Notes under the pieces: generated by a model
Seen by the model: only the letters and a program-made list of their open reading frames with translations
Told to the model about the DNA's origin: nothing
The model's database searches: none
DNA from: Eledone cirrhosa
Lineage: Eukaryota
Direction: 5' to 3'
Assembly: GCA_964016885.1 (NCBI GenBank)
Contig: OZ024766.1
Location: forward strand, 21,886,001 to 21,950,000
Length of the DNA: 64,000 nt
Program-made: the position numbers and the translations under genes
Part shown: positions 58,620 through 64,000 of the stretch, piece by piece
How the letters are laid out: every line of letters begins with the position of its first letter
Numbering within the stretch: the stretch's first letter is position 1

Positions 58620-59480
58620 TGTTTATGGTATAACACTGTCACTGTCTGTTTATCACACGGTCTCTCTGTCTGTTTATCACACACAGTCTCTGTCTGTTTA
58701 TCACACAGTCTATGTCTGTTTATCACACACAGTCTCTCTGTCTGTTTATCACACAGTCTCTGTCTATTTATCACACACAGTCTCTCTGTCTGTTTATCAC
58801 ACAGTCTCTCTGTGTCTGTTTATCACACAGTCTCTCTGTCTGTTTATCACACAGTCTATGTCTGTTTATCACACAGTCTATGTCTGTTTATCACACAGTC
58901 TATGTCTGTTTATCACACAGTCTCTGTCTGTTTATCACACACAGTCTCTGTCTGTTTATCACACACAGTCTCTGTCTGTTTATCACAGTCTCTGTCTGTT
59001 TATCACACAGTCTCTGTCTGTTTATCACACAGTCTCTCTGTCTGTTTATCACACAGTCTCTCTGTGTCTGTTTATCACACAGTCTCTCTGTCTGTTTATC
59101 ACACACAGTCTCTGTCTGTTTATCACACAATCTCTCTGTCTATTTATCACACAGTCTCTGTCTGTTTATCACACAGTCTCTCTGTCTGTTTATCACACAG
59201 TCTCTCTGTCTATTTATCACACAGTCTCTGTCTGTTTATCACACAGTCTCTCTGTCTGTTTATCACACAGTCTCTCTGTCTATTTATCACACAGTATCTC
59301 TGTCTGTTTATCACACACAGTCTCTCTGTCTATTTATCACACAGTCTCTGTCTGTTTATCACACAGTCTCTGTCTATTTATCACACAGTCTCTCTGTCTA
59401 TTTATCACACAGTCTCACTGTCTGTTTATGACATGGTCACTGTATGTTTATCACACAGTCTCTCTGTCTGTTTATCACAT
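58620..59480. repeat. ~22-bp minisatellite (TCTGTCTGTTTATCACACAGTC)
   Basis: Starts immediately after the CNOT6 donor. Confidence 0.92.
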
Positions 59481-60014
59481 ACTATATAGCATATCTCACA
59501 TAACATTTACATTACTCTATATATACTATTATATTTTCACTTTATCTCACATAATATCAAATCTATGAGATTTTGATGTTATTTATTTTGAGAACAATAC
59601 CTTAACATCAGTATGAGCGGCCGGTTACAGCCGGTTTGAACAGAAAGTGGTGAGAGAATTCTGGCCGGATATGTCCGGTTTAAATACTAAAGGGTTAAAG
59701 TGTTTATATTTATCTAAAAATCTTTGATCATAATTTTATGTAAGAACCTTTGTTAAGTTATGTTCCAAACACCAAATATAGTAGCGAAAATTTTTAAAGT
59801 GTTTATATTTATCTAAAAACCTTCCATCATAATTTTATGTAGGAACCTTTGTTAAGTTATGTTCCAGGCCGTGTCTTTCATTAGAAATATGTCAACGAAT
59901 GTGATAAAAACAGAAATGACATGATTACCTCCCCTTAGCTGTTAAAATCCAGCTTTAGGGCTCAAGATTTGTGGTGTATAATACATACTTATGTATGATG
60001 TATCTGTCTTATAT

Positions 60015-61345
60015 GACCCCTATTTTTCTGTGTCTCTGTCATTTCTAGGTTCCAGTATGAAGCCTGTTCCCTAAAATCTGGTCCCTTTGTCATCTAATCC
60101 CTCTATAATTATAAATAAATGTTAAATGTTGATGATGTGTCTGTCATGAGATCCCTATTTTTCTGTCTCTGTCATTTTTAGGCCCAGTATGAAGCCTCTT
60201 CCCTAAACTTTGGCCCCTTTGCCATCTAACACCTCTGTAACTCTATAATTACATATACTGAGTGTCCCCCAAAAATGTATACATATTTATTAGAATGCTG
60301 TTGAAGTGTATATACATTTTTAGGGACACCCTGTTTATGTTAATGATGTGTCTATCTCTCTAATGTGGTCCCTATTTTTCTGTGACTTCTAGGTCCAGTA
60401 CGAAACCTGTGCCCTAAATTCTGGTCCCTTCACTTCTTGATCCCTGTTTAATTCTATAATTATATATATATATCTATATATATGTTGATTATGTGTCTCT
60501 CTCTGATGTGGCCCCTATTTTTCTGTATGTCATTTCTAGGTCCAGTACGACACCTGTGCCCTAAACTCTGGTCCCTCTCTACCTCTATAATTATAAATAA
60601 ATGTTAAATGATGATTAGGTGTCTATTTATCTAATGTGGCCCCTATTTTTCTGTCTGTCATTTCTAGGTCCAGTACGACACCTGTGCCCTAAACTCTGGT
60701 CCCTCTCTACCTCTATAATTATAAATAAATGTTAAATGATGATTAGGTGTCTATTTTATCTGATGTGGCCCCTATTTTTCTTGTGTCATTTCTAGGTCCA
60801 GTACGACACCTGTGCCCTAAATTCTGCTCCCTCTCTACCCCTATAATTATAAATAAATATTAAATGATGATTAGGTGTCTATTTATCTAATGTGGCCCCT
60901 ATTTTTCTGTATGTCATTTCTAGGTCCAGTACGACACCTGTGCCCTAAATTCTGCTCCCTCTCTACCTCTATAATTATAAATAAATGTTAAATGATGATT
61001 AGGTGTCTATTTATCTAATGTGGCCCCTATTTTTCTGTATGTCATATTTCTAGGTCCAGTACGAAACCTGTGCCCTAAACTCTGGTCCCTCTCTACCTCT
61101 ATAATTATAAATAAATGTTAAATGATGATTAGGTGTCTATTTTATCTAATGTGGCCCCTATTTTTCTTGTGTCATTTCTAGGCCCAGTACGACACCTGTG
61201 CCCTAAATTCTGCTCCCTCTCTACCTCTATAATTATAAATAAATGTTAAATGATGATTAGGTGTCTATTTTATCTAATGTGGCCCCTATTTTTCTGTATG
61301 TCATTTCTAGGCCCAGTACGAAACCTGTGCCCTAAACTCTGGTCC
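60015..61345 (+). repeat. ~128-bp tandem array of duplicated CNOT6 acceptor plus exon start (9 decoys and the true site)
   Basis: CCCTATTTTTCTG..TCATTTCTAG|G(T/C)CCAGTACGA.ACCTGTGCCCTAAA repeated. Confidence 0.92.
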
Positions 61346-61574
61346 CTACGCCATCTCACCTCTCTGTACCTCAATGATAACAACCTACTGCGAATACCCC
61401 CCGACATCTCTAAACTCACCAACCTCACATATCTTGATCTGTCATCCAACAAGTTAAGGAGCTTACCGTCAGAGCTTGGTGACCTCTCTCTCATGCGTCA
61501 GCTTCTCCTCAACAACAATTTCCTGCGAAACCTACCGTTCGAACTTGGTAAATTGTTCCAGTTACAAACATTAG
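61311..61574 (+). CDS. CNOT6: CNOT6 coding exon 2 (leucine-rich repeats)
   Basis: GPVRNLCPKLWSLRHLTSLYLNDNNLLRIPPDISKLTNLTYLDLSSNKLRSLPSELG..LPFELGKLFQLQTLG; AG|..|GTGAGT. Confidence 0.95.
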
Positions 61575-61582
61575 GTGAGTAT

Positions 61583-62260
61583 CTCTTTTGTTTCTTTCCT
61601 TCGTTTCTTTCTTTGCCTTCTTCTTCTTTCCTTCGTTCCTTTCCTTCGTTTCTTTCCTTCGTTTCTTTCTTTGCCTTCTTCTTTCCTTTGTTTCTTTCCT
61701 TCGTTTCTTTCTTTGCCTTCTTCTTTTCTCCTTCGTTTCTTTCCTTCGTTTCTTTCCTTCGTTTCTTTCTTTGCCTTCTTCTTTCCTTTGTTTCTTTCCT
61801 TCGTTTCTTTCTTTGCCTTCTTCTTTTCTCCGTTTCTTTCCTTCGTTTCTTTCTTTGCCTTCTTCTTTTCTCCGTTTCTTTCCTTCGTTTCTTTCTTTAC
61901 CTTCTTTCCTTCCTTTGTTTCTTTCTTTGCCTTCTTCTTTCCTTCGTTTCTTTCTTTCCTCCGTTTCTTTTTTTTCTTTCTTTCTTTGCCTTCTTTCCTT
62001 TGTTTCTTTCTTTGCCTTCTTCTTTTTCTTTCCTTCGTTTCTTTCTTTGCCTACTTCTTCTTCTTTCCTTTGTTTCTTTCCTTCGTTTGTTTCTTTGCCT
62101 TCTTCTTTCCTTTGTTTCTTTCTTTGCCTTCTTCTTCTTTCCTTTGTTTCTTTCTTTGCCTTCTTCTTCTTTCCTTTGTTTCTTTCTTTGCCTTCTTCTT
62201 TCCTTTGTTTCTTTCTTTGCCTTCTTTCCTCCGTTTCTTTCTTTGCCTTCTTCTTCTTCA
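61583..62260. repeat. pyrimidine-rich low-complexity repeat (TTTC/TTCC/TTCG)
   Basis: Direct inspection; intronic. Confidence 0.93.
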
Positions 62261-62470
62261 TCCTTACAAGGTCTATAAAATAAAGTACCAGTAATACACT
62301 GGGGTAATTGCTGGCCTTGTGCCCCCTAAAGTAGGAACATTATTATTATTGTTGTTGTTTGTATTTTTTTTAGTGTTTTTTATTTTTTTTTTATTTTCTG
62401 CTCCCTAACAAATATTTGTCTAACTCTCTCTGTGTCTGACCCCTTTTTTTTTCTTCACACACCCACACAG

Positions 62471-62569
62471 GTCTTCAGGGTAACCCTCTATCACCGGATA
62501 TTTTAAATCGCTACAATGAACCAAATGGGACCCAAAAACTTCTCAGCTACATGTTGGATCACTTAGCAC
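62471..62569 (+). CDS. CNOT6: CNOT6 coding exon 3 (the gene continues beyond the window)
   Basis: CACAG|GLQGNPLSPDILNRYNEPNGTQKLLSYMLDHLA|GTGAGT. Confidence 0.93.
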
Positions 62570-62687
62570 GTGAGTAGTGGTGACCCCTTTTCTTTAAAAA
62601 CCCTTTAAATTTTTTTTTTTTTTTTTGATGGGTGCAGGGCTTGAGTCGTGGGTTATGGGTGGTGGCGACTTAGGGTTTGTGTTTTGT

Positions 62688-63640
62688 GGACCCTTCCGTC
62701 TTTCTTTGTCAGCTACATGTCGGTGGGTTTAGCATGTAGATGCCGGAGACCCTTAAATTTGAGGGTGAATCAGGGGTTTAGGGCTTTTTTGGTGACCCTT
62801 CGGTTGGTCTTTGTCAGCTACATGTCGGTTGGTTTAATGTGTAGATGCGGGAGACCCTTAAATTTGAGGGTGAATCAGGGGTTTAGGGCTTTTTTGGAGA
62901 CCCTTCTGTCTTTCTTTGTCAGCTACATGTCGGTGGGTTTAGCATGTAGATGCCGGAGACCCTTAAATTTGAGGGTGAATCAGGAGTTTAGGGCTTTTTT
63001 GGAGACCCTTCGGTTAGTCTTTGTCAGCTACATGTCGGTTGGTTTAATGTGTAGATGCCGGAGACCCTTAAATTTGAGGGTGAATCACGGGTTTAGGGCT
63101 TTTTTGGAGACCCTTCGGTTGGTCTTTGTCAGCTACATGTCGGTTGGTTTAATGTGTAGATGCCGGAGACCCTTAAATTTGAGGGTGAATCACGGGTTTA
63201 GGGCTTTTTTGGAGACCCTTCGGTTGGTCTTTGTCAGCTACATGTCGGTTGGTTTAATGTGTAGATGCCGGAGACCCTTAAATTTGAGGGTGAATCACGG
63301 GTTTAGGGCTTTTTTGGAGACCCTTCGGTTGGTCTTTGTCAGCTACATGTCGGTTGGTTTAATGTGTAGATGCCGGAGACCCTTAAATTTGAGGGTGAAT
63401 CAGGAGTTTAGGGCTTTTTTGGAGACCCTTCGGTTAGTCTTTGTCAGCTACATGTCGGTTGGTTTAATGTGTAGATGCCGGAGACCCTTAAATTTGAGGG
63501 TGAATCAGGGGTTTAGGGCTTTTTTGCAGTCCCTTCGGTTGGTCTTTGTCAGCTACATGTCGGTTGGTTTAATGTGTAGATGCCGGAGACCCTTAAATTT
63601 GAGGGTGAATCAAGGGTTTAGGGTTTGTGTTTGTGGACCC
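62688..63640 (+). repeat. 105-bp tandem repeat (about 9 copies) resembling the CNOT6 exon-3 3' end and donor region
   Basis: Unit contains GGAGACCC..TCAGCTACATGTCGG..TTAGCATGT versus the exon's GGGACCC..TCAGCTACATGTTGG..TTAGCAC|GT. Confidence 0.85.
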
Positions 63641-64000
63641 TTTGGCTGTCTTTCTTTTTCAGATACATATCGGATCCCTTTAATTTATATATATATGTGT
63701 GTGTGTATATATATATGTGTGTATTTATATATATGTGTGTGTGTGTGTATTTACATATATGTGTGTGTGTGTGTGTTTATATATGTGTGTATTTATATAT
63801 GTATATATGTGTGTGTGTGTATTTATATATGTATATGTGTATATATGTGTGTGTGTGTGTATATATATATGTGCATGTATATATATATATATAGACATGC
63901 TGTGTAGTGTATATATGCTATATTTAGTCTTATTAATATATCTGATGTTGATGAAATCTGCAGTTGGATCAATGCTTGGCACTGTAGTATTTAACCCTAG

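Noticed and set aside
58610-59568. Continuation of the 356-aa ORF beyond LEISG
   Set aside because: Read-through into an intronic minisatellite; the donor is at 58610
61509-62294. K/E/R-rich and F/S/L-rich ORFs and the hydrophobic extension of the LRR ORF
   Set aside because: Intronic pyrimidine repeat after the GTGAGT donor at 61575; CNOT6 homology resumes at 62471

Overview
Eukaryotic, AT-rich, repeat-dense 64 kb, most consistent with a coleoid cephalopod (Octopus-like); this assignment is inferred from tandem C2H2-ZNF genes, RTE LINEs with (TGA)n tails, tRNA-derived SINEs and very long (TA)/(CA) microsatellites. The left third holds three minus-strand poly-C2H2 zinc-finger paralogs (about 22, 16 and 15 fingers) in a ~9.1-9.5 kb segmental duplication; one copy carries a young 5'-truncated RTE retrotransposon. 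The middle holds a complete 9-exon minus-strand gene that I assembled by hand (1113-nt CDS, all GT-AG, phases consistent) encoding mitochondrial ribosomal protein L1 (MRPL1). The right part holds the 5' end of a divergently oriented CCR4/CNOT6 deadenylase gene (3 coding exons plus a candidate non-coding first exon). Most notable observations: (1) tandem arrays built from copies of real splice-acceptor/exon junctions, with 9 decoy acceptors before a CNOT6 exon (most followed by AATAAA and a stop) and 4 before an MRPL1 exon; (2) many minimal type-I hammerhead-ribozyme motifs in Penelope-like LTR fragments, often as long palindromes within (TA)n, including a sense-strand pair in an MRPL1 intron; (3) repeated birth of satellites from LINE, SINE, Helitron and piggyBac-like sequence. 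Most long ORFs in the supplied track are translations of simple repeats. All calls were made by eye, without database searches.
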